From: Lama guanicoe
Taxonomy: Eukaryota
Direction: 5' to 3'
Assembly: GCA_013239625.1 (NCBI GenBank)
Contig: MU056000.1
Coordinates: forward strand, 8,614,970 to 8,678,969
DNA: 64,000 nt
Positions 33,129-47,204 of the stretch are shown here, one piece after another; the stretch's first letter is position 1, and each line of letters starts with the position of its first letter. A model generated the notes under the pieces. That model saw only the letters and a list, made by a program, of their open reading frames with translations, ran no database searches and was not told where the DNA came from. The translations under genes were made by a program, and so were the position numbers.

Positions 33129-36100
33129 CACCTCCAGGTAGGGACATCCTGAGGTGCAGCGACCCTGCGACTTTGCACCTGTCTCCCAGTCAGTTCACGT
33201 GTGATAAAGCCCACGCCGTTACCACAAGTGTCTAAGCCACATCTAGCTCTTCCTTCACATATGTGACTTCAGAATCCAGACACATCAGACATCTGAGTGA
33301 AATTTACCACATGTGAGACTTTTATAAAAAAACCACATCATTAAATAAACTTGATGCTTCCCGTCTGTGCTAAACCTCTCCCGTCCAGGACCGCTGGGGC
33401 CACAGGGGGCCGTTCTCCGCCCTGAGCCCAGCCCTTCGCAGAGGGGACTGAGCCTGGATCCACCGAGCATGTCCCTCAGGCAGTCGGCTCGTCAACATCA
33501 GTGACTGTGGCAATGGAGAGAACATTGGTTTCTCTCTTTCATACGGCAGGGGAAAAAAAAGACGCCGGCCTGATGAGGGAGGAGATTCAGTAAACAGAAG
33601 TGAGATGAGCTGGGTGAGGAGGAAGAAAATCAGAAGGGAATCCAGTGCCCGCCTCCAGTCCCTTCCGGAGGCCGGGCCTGCCTCCCTCCTGCTGGTCCAG
33701 GAGCCCCCAGTCTCCTCTTGGTCTGCTCCCCACCCCCTTCCTGTGGTCCGGGGGGCCTGAGATCACTGCATACTTGTTGCCTTGCTTTGATTTTAATTGG
33801 ATTATAATTAGATTCAATCTCAGACATACACACCTCGAATGTAGGTTTTTATTTTAAAATGATCAGAATCTTGCACATTACTATGTACACAGTGGGTTCT
33901 CTCTCTCTTAACATAATATATATAATTCCATAAATTAAGAATTAACGTATTCATTCTTGTGGCCTTGGTTTCTGTCCATATCCCAAGGGTCTCATAAATC
34001 ATTAACTGTCCCCTATCTCCTGGAATCTGGGCACGTGATATGGTCCTCCATCCTCACGTTGTCTGCAGCCTGGGTCCCACACCGCCTCTCCACCTGAGTC
34101 CCACGTGGACCTGTTCCACAGGTAACACCCCGACCTGCCGCCGGTCTCTGCAGCTGGACCGGTTCTGCCCTTCCTGCTGCTACTGCACCAGACGCAGGGC
34201 ATCTGCCCCTCCTCCCGCATCGGCTCTCCCTGTCACTTAGGCTTCTCTCTGGCCACAGTCCCATCACCAGCTCTGGGTCGACACCTCACATGGCAGGACT
34301 TAGCTCTGAATCTTCCAGAACACAGCCGGAGCCCCTGCCCCTCCTCCTCCTCCCCCCAGATTACTGCCAGCTTCATCTCAGCCCCACCGTTAGGGCCCAG
34401 AGAAACTTACCTTACTTTCTTTTTTTTTTAACTTCACATACTTTTTTATTATTAAATGAGAAAATCTCATTTGTTACATCATCACATGGGTAGTCAGAGA
34501 GATGCTGCGGTGATGAAGAAAGTCCATGTGGGGTCAACCAAAGTCCTCCTTCCTGCAACATTTGCTTACAAAAGAATGCTCAACACAGCCCAACACAACA
34601 TTCTTGGTTGTCTTCATATTGAAGTCCCCCCTCCAAATCGTCTTCTATTGGGGTGTTTTACTACATAAATTATAGTTCTTCATTTTCACAATTCACCCCA
34701 AACTCTATGAGAGATGCAGCACTCTCACATTTCTAAAGCTCTTAGGAACTCCTCCCCACATCACGGTCATCTGCTGTATCCCTGCTACTTGTCCCTGTGT
34801 TGTCATTCTTAATAGTGGGTTTGAAAGGGCTGGTTTTTCAAGATCCAAAATCGAAGTCACAGATTGGACCATTTCTCAAAATAATTCTTACGTAGAACTG
34901 TCTAAGCAAAAGCAACAGTACTCTGCATGCAAGACATTTGTGAAGATCAAACTGAACAAGTAACTGGATGTGAATGTATTTATTTTAGAAAACATAACAT
35001 GTAATGTTGGCATATATTGTGATACAAGTTTTAAAAATGTAGGCTAGGGTGTACAAATCAATCTTTCAGTAAAATTTAGCCCAGAGAGTGATGGCGAAGC
35101 ATAAGTAATGGGCCAGTTTAGACAAGAAAATATTAAGAATTTTGCCAAAGGGAGAAAAAATATGAATATCCTTAACAAGTCAGATAATATTTGAAAAGAT
35201 AAAAGGTGTTCCCAGCACAAGATGTTAATTTTGGTTCCTGTGCACGGTGAGAAATAAAACGAATCTGACATATCTTTTTCTTTCTTAGGCAGTGCTGTTT
35301 GTTCCCTAGGACTCTGCTCTCAGCCAGGTGTTTTAAAACTGACATTTTAAATTCAAATTTCTTGTGCACAAGTATATAAATAAGTTGAGCTTTCTAGTGC
35401 ATACAGCATCAACCCCCCTCCCTCCTTTCAACTAGAATTACTGCATTGACTCTTCTACAATTCTAGGTACCTTGCCCACCTTTCCAATTCTTAAAATTAT
35501 AACTTGAAGCCTTGCAGTGACTTTTGTCAATATCTTAAGTACCTTATTAATTGGGTTTGAAAAACTGTATCTAGACTGGACATTCAATTCATCCAATTAA
35601 AATTAATGAGTATCTATGAAGCTGCTAGTTCAGAGTTGAGTTCTTGCCAACCCATCTCTAACCAAAAGTAAAATTTTCTTCCTTTGGACAGTGTCTGTCA
35701 TATCAGCAAATGATTGTAGAGCTTTTCCCCATTGCCAGTGATTACTCAACACCATCCCACCTTTCCCCACTGTTATCCCGTGGAATAGGTGCAAAGACGT
35801 ACAGTAACCATTTCTTGGTCATAGATTTGACACATAGGATGCTATGTATATTTCACAGAGCCATGATGCCCATCCCTCTGCAGACAATGAATTATTTCTC
35901 GGCTGCCTGGAAAGATTCATTTGAAATTATGGGAAATACATGTTTGAAAACCAATGTTTAAAAGGATACAACAGAGAATGGAATTCTGGAAATTTTTTTT
36001 GTTGTTTCTCTTTTTGATATTCTTTAGAATCTAATCCACATCATTTAGAAATTATTTCTGTGGTTCCAACTGAAGACATGGTTGTACTAGAGGGAACATA

Positions 36101-36402
36101 TTGAAAGAAAATAATTTAATTCTGACTATTAATAATGCAATCGTAATGTTATTGAATTCTTAGCTGTCTAAGTAATAATGATTTTCTACTCTTACTTGGC
36201 ATAGCAACCATATGAGCTTCAAGGGGGTATAAATGAATTTTTAAAAAGAAAAAAATATATATATACCATGGCGTTCTCCTTACTAGATTGTAAGATGACT
36301 TAAGCATCAGGACTGTGTTATATATATATATAGTTGTTTTTCTTCCTCCTAATGCTTCTATTTTAATACTTTTCACCTGAATGTTGGCCATTCAAATATT
36401 AC

Positions 36403-36440
36403 TAAAATAAAATAAAATAAAATAAAATAAAATAAAATAA
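36403..36440. repeat. (TAAAA)n microsatellite
   Basis: Seven perfect units plus a partial unit. Confidence 0.97.
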
Positions 36441-37629
36441 TTGAGGTAGAATTCACCATTACACCTATGGATTAAAACTCACAAAAGCGAAGGTATTCCC
36501 ATCCCAGAAATTCTGAATGCCGCCGATTTAAAGTACATCAAGACAGGTAGACATTTTAGACTGTAGCTCGTCCTGGAGCTGACTCTATAACCAAAATGGA
36601 ATCGTTATGGGCGCAGTTGGGGGAATGCCATTTATCACATTAGTCTAGAATTCCTTCTATTCTGAAACAAATACCCAGACATTATTTTTAGCTTTTATGC
36701 TACATAACTTGCAAAGAGCTGTACTTGGATAGCTACCAAACCAAAAATGTAAGTATGACTATAGAAACACTTTCTGCTTCTGAAGAATAAAGGCATGGCA
36801 TCAAAATTAAATAGAATTACATGGTTTTAATGAATTATGGTTTAATTAGCAGAAGCAGTTTTTGTAGAACAAGGGTTTCTACTTCACCTCATTTTAAAAT
36901 ATCCTGGAAAAAATACATAACAGATGCTAATAAGCCCTTGTAATATTTGGTATAAAATTTGGTGAAAAAGAAGTTGACCAGTCCCACTCGGATCCTTAAA
37001 GTGCTTGGTCACCTGAAACAAAGCACTGAGCCCTCTGGCTCTGAGCTGACTTTCCATGGTTTATATCCTAAGATATTTTTATTCTATCTTTTTCAGGTGT
37101 CATCATGACATTATTTTCAGTTGGTTAAATAAACATTAAGATAACTAAACGAGCACCTAATTAGCTGTATGAGAAAATGTGTATGATTTCACAATGGGAA
37201 GAATCTTCCAGGCAGTATTATTTCTGCATCTTTTTTTTTATAATCATCCTCTCTTACCACCTCCTCTCATGTATACAGACCATTTGAAACTCCCAAGTCA
37301 CCTCTCCTTTTCCAGTGAGCAACTTTCAATGTCCTTACGCTTCCCAACACTGTTTTAAAAATTCTCGGCAGAATGTAGTTATTTTTTTCCGTATCATTTC
37401 CCCACTGTTGCCAGACTCTCCTACGTCTGCGTGGATTGGATGCTGTTCCATGCAGCGTCCACTAGCTGCTGTTGAGAATCTCACTATTTCTCAGCTCTTC
37501 CACCTCTTTTCTACTTACTAGCCCTAAAACAGCCCCACACTACCTTTTCCTTTTTAAAATGAGACACTATAACCTGAAACGCTTGCCAAAGTGAATTTCT
37601 GCTTCTCTCCTTAAAATGCACATTCCTCC

Positions 37630-38030
37630 CAACTTTATCCAGCAATACTTACTGGGCATCTATGACAGGCGTACACTGTGCAAGAGTCTCTAGGTGCAAT
37701 AATGAGAAAATAGACACCAGCCCTGCTTTTTATGTGGCCTCCAGTTGAGTGGGAAAGACACACTGATAGGCATTGTTATACGATGTGTGTTTACAGATAG
37801 GTAACCTAAGGGAATTGTCTCAGTTCTATGACTGCCCATCCAAAAAGAGCTTGACTTTGACTCAGGGAGGTTTCATTCCAGGCTGAGCAAGCAGTCCTGT
37901 GGCTGGAAGTGGCACAGTGCATTCTAGGAACTGGAAAAAAAAAAGAGAATTTGTAGGTATGAAAAAGGAGGAACTATAAGATACTTGTGTATGAAAGTAT
38001 GATGCTCTGAGTGATTCATTAGGCAGCTGG
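37630..38030 (-). mobile_element. L2 3' fragment
   Basis: cagcaatacttactgggcatctatg..cactgtgc..agacaccagccctgc..agtgggaaagaca..cattctagg. Confidence 0.55.
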
Positions 38031-38244
38031 AGGTACTGTGGGATCTGATATCTAGTTGTGTGTCTATTGAGACAATTCAAGCATGTCTCTAACGTTACCC
38101 TTAGCTGAGGCACTTCCTCATCAGGTTAGACAACGAATCTCTCCGGCTCCTCATTCGTTCTTATGAATATGGACCATTAGAGGAGTAAGCCACCACCACT
38201 TATTGAGATAAAGCCTTTGGCTTGGCAATTCCACAAGTTTCAAA

Positions 38245-38282
38245 TATCTATCTATTGTCTGTCTGTCTATCTGTCTGTCTGC

Positions 38283-38325
<43 letters not shown>
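38245..38325. repeat. Compound (TCTG)n/(TCTA)n microsatellite
   Basis: Read directly. Confidence 0.97.
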
Positions 38326-39137
38326 AATTTTAGTGTGATGTGATGTGTGTGTGTAGGAGGTTAAAGAATCCTGGATTAAATGAGTAGATAAATTAGGTCT
38401 TACCAATATCTTCACAACTACTAATAGTGTTTGTTTAAGCATAGAAACGGTCTTTTCCTATCTCTGAGGAAGGCAGGTAGGAGTAGGTGCTCAGAGGACA
38501 CCGGGGAGCCATGGTCGTCTGGGGCAAGAGGTACTGAAATGAGTTAAAGGCTATTCAACACTGCTTTTCTACAGTGGTCCTCAGGATGGACTTAGCTCTT
38601 GATGACGCTTGTCCTGGAAGAGAGGGATGTAAGACTGGTGTTCCACGTTTGCACTGCTTTGCTCAGAGACTCTAGATTTAAGGCATCCATGTCCTCAGCT
38701 TCTTAAGGAACTCCCCAGTAAGAGATGTAGGCAGTAATTCTGAATATAAATCCTTGTAATATTGGACAGATTTTTCTTATCAGTAGGTTTGAAGAAATAA
38801 AATTTCCCTTGAGTGACAATGCGAAACTCACTTATTTACAAAATAAAATTTATCTTAGAATGGTAAACGTAAATGTCTTTTGGGAGTCTTCTACTTTATA
38901 CATATGTAGTCAACACTGTTAGTTCCAACCCACTAAACCAATCCATCCATGTTCAGGCAAAACTCTGAAACATGTAAACATAATTTCCACAAAACAAACA
39001 CAAATTATAATGGTGCTGTAAATAACGTTCCTTCAAAATGATCTTTCTAACAATTTTTCCAGAAGATGGTGTAAGCAAAAGAGCTTTTCTTATGCCAGCC
39101 TTAATTCCTGTATATATTCCCAATTAATTACATATCC

Positions 39138-39515
39138 TAATATTTATACAGCCCTTCATCACTTGCAAAGTGTTTTCACACTTGCACAATTATTACCTCA
39201 TTTCAAATTAACAACACTCCTTGGCAAGCTAGGTGGGCATTATAATTTCAATTTGAGGGATGAAGAAGAGATTCAAAGAAGTTAATCATTTGCCCACCAT
39301 CAGATAAAACGTGATTTGCGGAGCTAATAAGAGTCATCAGCATTTACTAAGCACCAAAGAGCCTGGTCATGAAGATAAGTGCCCTAGATGCATCTTCCTG
39401 TAGTGCCAGTGTCAACCTTCCAAAGGAGGCAACGTTGCTACCAATTAACTGATAGGAAAACTGAGGTTAACCGAGCGAAGGAAGTGGCAGAGTCTGGAAC
39501 TAAACTAAGAGCATT
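39138..39515 (-). mobile_element. Two adjacent MIR SINE fragments
   Basis: gatgaagaagagattcaaagaagttaatcatttgccca and gataggaaaactgagg..aagtggcagagtctggaactaaac cores. Confidence 0.7.
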
Positions 39516-41217
39516 TCACTGTGAGTCATAAAATGGTTTTCCCTCATTTATATTAGCTTCTTTTAATAGCTCATATCAATGAATTTTTTATGATAGCAGA
39601 ATAATTTGGGTCCATATTTTTCAGGTCAAATGATTAACTATAGAATAATTTATAGTTGTTTCTTGGAGGTTTCTGTAGCCAGTGTCTTTTTTTTTTTAAG
39701 TAACTATTTTGAATAGTAATTTTCTGTCAAATTACCAATTTCTTCTCCTCCCTGCAGAGTAGAGTCTAATAGTAGAGTCAGCACATGGCACTGTTGATTT
39801 AGACGCTGCCACACAAGCTAGCTGGAATTGTCTAAGTCATACTCCTGCTTATTTAAACCTTTTTTCAGACATTCCTTTTACTCAAGATTTAAATAATGGA
39901 CTAGCAGAGAAATCCCATGGAAGCTGCATCACCCCTCTGCCCCTCCCACCATCATCATCCTCATCTTCATCGAACATTTATTTCTGCTTCTTTACAAGAT
40001 AAAGAAGACACAGTTCTTTCTTCCTAAATCTAAAATCTGAAAAGAGGGCAATCTAAGGATAATCGTCCAGAGTGAAGTCGTTTTCAATAATTAATAACAT
40101 CTACATTTTAAAAAATCACAGAAGTTTTAAAGGAATGATTCAAATGAAAAAATGTGGAAATGTTTGAAGGCAAAAATTCTACCCAGGGTGATATGTACAA
40201 TGCTGTAAACTGACGAACTAGCATAGCCATTTTTAGGAGCTGGTTTGATATGTACATTGAGCAAAAATAAACAAAACTATATATAGTAGAAAGGAGTAGG
40301 TGTTGTTTTCCCCTAAGGATCAAACACTCAAAACACCTCCTGGTTTTCGAAAGCAAGGTGCTCAAATGCTGAAAAAAAATCATTTTGTATTATTTCAGTA
40401 TCTTTGAAAAGAAGGTCTATTAGGAAATATTACTTCAATTTTTGGTGCTAGGATGTTGATGTCATCATAAGATAACGTAGTGAAGTAAAACTGGATTGTG
40501 AATTTGGGATTTTTGATTCAGAAGAATGAATCACTCACTGTGTAGGTCCAGGTAGAGCAAAAAACTTCAATAGCCAGAATTTACATCATGCCAAATTATG
40601 ACATCATCCAGAACATTATTCTTCAATGACGTTTGTGAGCTTAATTTTACTAAGCAAGAGGAATATGGAAGATGATTTATCTATTTCTAATACTCTTGAA
40701 AGTTAATTCTGAAAACTGTCTAATTTCTGACTCTCATGTTAGTATCTATTTGATCCATTGTGAGAAAACGCCTCTATAATTCACTTTAAACAATAAAACC
40801 TGTGTTAGCAATGCTTCCCAGCTTTGCAGTTACTGCTTAGCTATGTGTACCTTTTACTTCTCTGTCTCTTGCCACTTATTTCCTTTAGATTTGATTCTCT
40901 GTTTCGAGAAACACAATTAAGTAATTCCAGGCATGGGAGTTAATGGGGTCATTCATTCACAAACTCCAGAAGAACCTAGCAATGTATTGGTTTCCAATTG
41001 TAGCACTGCCCTCTACTGGGTAAAGAAAAATCTGATATTATTAATGGATTTCTAATTACTTAAGACCAGAGACTATATGAAAAGCTAATTCAAATCTAAC
41101 TACCTTGGTATTTTTTTAAACTGAAGGGGCTGAGGAATATGATCATGGAATATAAAAATCTTTGACTTCTCCATGTAGACATTTTTACTTCTCTAAGTTC
41201 TTGTTTTGAATAAATGT

Positions 41218-41257
41218 ATTCTTTGATTTGAATATACATTCTTTGACTTGAATATAA
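41218..41257. repeat. 20-bp tandem duplication
   Basis: attctttgatttgaatatac / attctttgacttgaatataa. Confidence 0.85.
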
Positions 41258-42426
41258 GAAGCTTTCGATGTGACCTTAGATCCTTTGGGGGCTTACATAC
41301 ATGAGCGATAACTGGTATATTGTAATATAGACAAGCTAAGTGATGAGGAAATTAGAGTCAGAATGGCATTGATTTCAAGGATTTTTTTAATCTGAGCTGG
41401 TACTTGAGGAAGGTAGACAGTGATATTATCTTCTATTGTATTTATAACTTCGTTTTGTTGATAACTTTAGCTATATTTATGTTCAGTTTATATTTGGATG
41501 GTGACACAATATTGTTTGCTTTTAGGTATCTTTTCTGTACGATATCAAGGAGGAAATGTGAAGTACATTTTTTCTTTCTCTCCTCACCCTGTTACAATGT
41601 AGGGAAGGGGTTTTAGAAATTAATACCATGCAAGATTATGTTAATTACCCCTTAACCCAACAGACAAATGTCCAGTATCATAAGAAAAATAGTTTTCTAT
41701 GTACATGATCTAAAATCTTATAAAGTTCATGTCTTTATTAATCTCACATATCATATTAATATTAATATGTTTTTATTGGGTACAGAACTGGCTACCAGTA
41801 TCATTCCATATTCCCTTACAGTTACTTATAATAATATTTCATGGTACTTGTTAAGTACTGAACAAATTTTTAGAAATTAGTTGAACTAAGGTGGAATTGA
41901 CACCCCTCTATGGAAACTGAGGCTGTAACAAAAATATTTGCCACCTAGGAACAAAGAGGGATCTGAGATCAGGGCCAAGATTCTTTTCTGAAAATAGTTT
42001 TTGTTGACTTTCTCTTTGACTAAATAAATGTTCTAACCTGAAGCTGGAAAGCCTCACAGATAGCTTTCAGTGAGGAATTTTTTGCTGCAAGAATATTTTA
42101 CTGAAAAACAATTTCAAATAATGTCAATCCAGTAAAATTGTATCATAAGAGGAGCTATGTTCATAAAACTTCCAAAGAGATTGGACTACTAATTGTACCA
42201 GTTTTTTTTTAAAGTCATATGACTGGTAGGGGTGTAGTGGAAATGTTTTAAATTTTTATCTGGAGAAAATCCCATCTACTGTGCTTTTCCTGGGACTATT
42301 GATCATTTATTGTACCTTCAGAGACCTTTCTAAAAATAAAGAATCCACCATGACATTACACACACACACACATAGTCACTCACATCCAATGACTGAAACA
42401 TATCAAACTGCTTTCTATTTCTCTAG

Positions 42427-42830
42427 AGCAGGAATTCTTTATGGTTCATGGGGGCCGTGAAGAGAACTTAAGATGATAGAACATATGTATACTTACATGA
42501 TAGAACATATGTATATCCTATTTTCTGAAATTTAGCATTTTATTTATTTATGAATCTAAGTGGAAAACCACGTGAATAATGAGAATTTATCACCAATAGG
42601 AATCATCTTTCTTATCATGCTTGCTGCAGATACTCAAGTCATCACTAATACTCATCATTACTTTAAAATCACAGTTGTTGTTAAAGCCAATACTTAATCT
42701 TGCTATTAAAGCGTTAGTAATAAAGCACATACTTCACCATATCATAGTCTTTAAATTATTTGACAATTGGATTTATGACAGATTTTCTTTGCTGTCAAAT
42801 TTTTTTATGTCATGCATTAAAAATGTTAAT
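42427..42830. mobile_element. MER119-like hAT-Charlie element, opposite orientation to the 20.4-kb copy
   Basis: ctgaaatttagcattt; tcaccaatagga; ttgctgcagata; ctcatcattacttt; aagcacata; internal 19-bp direct repeat atgatagaacatatgtata at 42473 and 42497. Confidence 0.65.
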
Positions 42831-42916
42831 ATTTAATTAATTTAATTAATATTTTAACTCTTTAAAAATTGAGTTGGCCTTTATTCCAGTCCAGAATAAA
42901 AGTTGAGATAGGGAAA

Positions 42917-43123
42917 AGATTTATGGCTGCCTGAAGCTGATGGTGGGAACAAGATGGCCACACATAGCATGAGATTTCTTTTTGGAACGATGGAAATGTT
43001 TCATGTTAGATAGCAGTGATGGTTGTACAATTCTGTAATTTGATGAAAATTATTGAGTTGTACATATACAATGAGGGAATTTTGTGGTATGTAAATTACC
43101 CCTCAATAAAGCTGTTTACAAAA
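42917..43123 (+). mobile_element. Old L1 (L1MD/ME-like) 3' end
   Basis: gatggaaatgtt..gtgatggttgtacaa..gtatgtaaattacccctcaataaagctgttt. Confidence 0.85.
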
Positions 43124-44926
43124 GAGATGAGCTTAGGGGTCTAAAAACACATGAACAAAAAAATTATGTATATATTGTTATCAACAAGGATATGGGAAAA
43201 AACCCCAAATCTAACAGCATGTCACATTTGACAATAACATCTCAAAAAAGAAATACAGAACTAATCCACATCACTTTTGAGTAGTCTCTACCTTCAGTCA
43301 TATATACTCTGGGGGAAATGTATTCTAAAGAAAGAGAAAAAAATAGAAAACTTTGGAACTTATTCAGTAAATTTTTATTATTAATGAGATAGAAGTAGAA
43401 ATTCTTAAACAACATAACTGTGGAGTAGAATTAAACACACGAGTAACTACACAAATGTTTGAGAACCAGAGTTCTCAGCAGGGTGGAAGGGAAGGAGTTC
43501 ATGTACATGGACTGATTATATGTGTTGCCCTGTATTGGAATTAGACACATTCATATATACGTTTGCGGTTTAGTTGTTTAACTGTTTTTCTGATTGTTAA
43601 GATGCAGTGACACTCATCCTAGATTTGTGCATCTTACATGGAAGGAGTTTCCCAAAGGGCTTATTTTAAAGATGTTGTTGCCAAGTGTGAAGAAAAAGTC
43701 CTTATATGCAGAAATGCAGAGAGAAGCAGAACAGGAAGTGGGAAAATGACACCATGGCCACCATATTGCTTTGTTACCTAAATAAAGTCCTGGTGCCGGT
43801 GACTGTTAGGTTATTATTCAAGTAAGAGGCAAGGGAAAATGCTTGGTCCTTCACAGGGAGGGAGCTTAAAATAAGACCCTCACCTAAAGCTAGAGCTCTC
43901 TAGGTGCTGCCCTGTTCACAAAAGAGACAGGAGACACCCTATACACTGGCACAGGGAGGGGCTGGGATGGCTGCCACCAAACAAATCCTTGGTTGGAATA
44001 GAGGAGAAAGGCAACTGCAAGAAATGGAAAACTCTAGGTGTGAGTTTCTGCATGTCAAATGAACATAAAAATAACTGAAGGGACCAAAGAAACCATGTGG
44101 CTTTCAAAGCTGGAAAAGCCGCTCTACAGGGACACGTATATGCCAATCAGTCAATCAAATCATCCTCTGTTGAAAATGAACTCAAAGCCAAAAACACTGA
44201 AGAAAGAAACAGATTAACGTGAAGGAGGGACATCAGCCAAACAAGAATTGGGAATCATAGACACCTTCAAAGGTAGTCCTAAAATAGTATGGAGGTGGGG
44301 GAAGGGATAAAAGGAGGAATAGCTATTTCATTTATATTTATTGCTAAGAAAAAATAGAGCCCTCTTCTAAATTAATGTCTCAAGACAACCATTTTGTTCT
44401 GTTCACATTTTGAGGGTTGGACATTTGGGATGAAGTTAAGATGGACAATATTTATCTCTGACCCACTTCCCGCACAGCCTCTCCCTTCATGGTACTGTGT
44501 TTCATCTTCCAGGCTCCTCCATGGTCATCAGGTACATGGTGGGGAGATTCCTACAGGGTTGTCTTTGGACTTTGAAAAACAACAGGAGAAGACAGAGCTA
44601 GCAAAGTGTGTGTAGTGTAAGCATATAAAGAGTTGGAAACTATGAAACCTAAAATATTAAAGAGGAATTGAGGGGAGACAAGGGAGTGGTATTCCCTTAC
44701 ATCAATCGGGAATTTCAGAAAGAGAAAATGTGAAAACTTCAGTAGAGACAGTACTCAAAGACTAAAGCTCTGGTTTTCTTCAGGTGGGAAAAAGAACTTG
44801 ATTCTCTTGATTCAAGTTGTGCTCTGAACGTTGAGTGAGATAAATTAAAAATTCATATGGAGACACGCTGTGGTAAAACTGTAACATATCACAGACAACA
44901 TGAGACATTAAAACATTTACTAGGCA

Positions 44927-45405
44927 TTCATTGCAACACTATTTACAATATCCAAGACATGGAAACAACATAAATGTCCATCGACAGCTGAATGGATAAA
45001 AAAGATGTGTTGTGTATATATATATGCACATATATATATACACACACACGAACACACACACAGACTGGAATATTACTCAGCCACAAAAAGAATGAAAAAA
45101 TGTCATTTGCAGCAACATGGATGGACCTAGAGATTATCATATTAAGTGAAGTAAGTTAGACAGAGAAAGACAAATACCATATGATATCACTTATACATGG
45201 AATCTAAAAAATGATACAAATTTTATTTACAAACCAGAAATAGACTCATGGATATAGAAAACAAACTATGGTTACCAAGGGGGAAAGGGGGGAGGGGTAA
45301 ATTAGGAGTTTGGGATTAACAGATACACGCTACTATACACAAAATAGATAAACAACAAGGACCTATTGTATAGCACAGGGGACTATATTCAATTTCTTGT
45401 AATAA
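44927..45405 (+). mobile_element. Artiodactyl-type L1 fragment (ORF2 end and 3' UTR, no A-tail)
   Basis: catttgcagcaacatggatggacctagagattatcatattaagtgaagtaag..acaacaaggacctattgtatagcacaggg. Confidence 0.92.
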
Positions 45406-45769
45406 GAAAATTCACTGAGCTTTATATGTTAGATTTGTGCACTTTCATGTCTGTGTTATGCTTCAATGAAAAGATTTTACAAATGGAAAAAACTGTTAGG
45501 CAGAAAAGCCAGGTTATCTACAAAGAAATGACAATATGTTATATATTAGCGTTCTCAGAGAGCGAGCTGAGGGACTGCCAGAGCACTGACAACAGGTTTC
45601 CTGGGAGAACTGGGGGTAGACTAGTCTTTAAAGTATCAGATTTGGATAGTGGACAAGAAAAAAATATTACACTGCCTGGGCACAAGCCTTCTCCAAGTAT
45701 TTGACTTGAACACGGTAGAATTATATTTTTATTTTAATAGAGGTAATGGTAATATAATAATACCACTAT

Positions 45770-45980
45770 TAATACTTAATATTTACTCATTGATGTAAGC
45801 GCAAGAATTTTGTAAGGGGCTTTACAGACATTATATCATTAAATCCTTGAAACAATGTTGTGATGTGGCTATTTATTTTTCTTGTCTTATGAACAAAAAA
45901 ACAATTTAATCATCAAAGGTAGCAGAGAGTAGAAGAGTCAGTATTAAATCCCAAGTATGTGTCTTGCTAAATTCCGAGAT
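45770..45980 (-). mobile_element. MIR SINE
   Basis: gctttacagacattatatcattaaatcctt..aacaa..aaatcccaagtatgtgt. Confidence 0.6.
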
Positions 45981-46798
45981 CTATGGCCACAGGATGCTCC
46001 TTTAAAGAGATTCAAGAATCGCACCTTTCACAGCATCTGTGCCATGACTTCTTTCTGTGAGGTTAGCTGGAGTTTTCTGGGTGTGAGAATGCATGTGTGC
46101 CATGTGACTTCTCTTGAACCAAAACTGGGTTTGGAGAATAGCCAGAACTTTTATAATGGGGCGGTAATGGAGTTTTGCTTTTTAATCTTACTTTCCTAAC
46201 AACAGAAATCCTCTTAAAAATAAATCTCCAATAAAATTTTCTTTATGGAAGAGAAAGCGTCTTGCTTTACTACATTAAAGCTGGTAGAAGATTAATGTTT
46301 TTGCCTCTTGGTTTTATCCACTCTTCTTTCTATGCCATTGAAAAAAAATAGTGGGTATTAAAAAAATTTTGTTTTAACATTTTGGGTTTAATACTAACCC
46401 AAATTATAGTCTTTGCAACAAACCCTCCCTTTGCACCAATCATGCACTTTGCAGCCAAGCCTTTGAAATTCTGTTATGTCCTTCTGATTAACAATTTATG
46501 CATACTCTTAAATCCACCCTCATGGATTGGACTTTAAACTCTTATGTACAGAAAATGGTTATTTTTTTAAGTATGTTAACCTTATTGAAAATATATGCCC
46601 CTACTTATAATGCAATAATGTAATAGATTTGTAGTTATTTTTATGCCCTGCAGAATCTGGGAAAGCATGCAGGTAGACTGCATTGCCAAAATTTCCCTTA
46701 GCTTTCTCATAGATGGTCATAATCGTTCAAAACTTTTGTGTACTTTCAACTTCAGACAGATATGAATCCATTCAAAGTTGGATAAAAGGGAACCTCAA

Positions 46799-47204
46799 GA
46801 TTATCATACTGAGTGAAGTAAGTCAGACAGAGAAAGACAAATATTACATTGTGTCACTTTTATGGAATCTTAAAAAAAGATTCAAATTCGATTTACAAAC
46901 CAAAAACAGACCCACAGACACAGAAAACAAACTATGGTTACCAGAGGGGAAAGGGCTGGAAGGGATAAATTAGGGGTTGGGGGTTAATAGTCACACATTA
47001 CCGTGTGTAAAATAGATAAAAAAACCAAGAACCTGCTGTAGAGCACAGAGAACTATGTTCAATATCTTGCAGTAACATATAATGGAAAAGAATCTGAAAA
47101 GAAAAATGTATGTATATATGCATATGTATAATTGAATCACTTTGCTGTACACCTGAAACTAACATAAATCAACTACACGTCAATAAAATGTTTTTTAAAG
47201 AAAG
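46799..47204 (+). mobile_element. 5'-truncated L1 3' end with perfect 13-bp TSD
   Basis: gattatcatactgagtgaagtaagtcagacagagaaagac..gaatcactttgctgtacacctgaaactaaca..aataaa; TSD aagggaacctcaa at 46786-46798 and 47205-47217. Confidence 0.93.

Noticed and set aside
32845..33214. Lys-rich and Phe-rich ORFs resembling NLS or transmembrane proteins
   Set aside because: They are translations of the A-rich low-complexity tract.
20352..42830. Two MER119-like copies in opposite orientation as ends of one large composite transposon
   Set aside because: Both are old, independently decayed copies; no shared TSD or transposase between them was seen.
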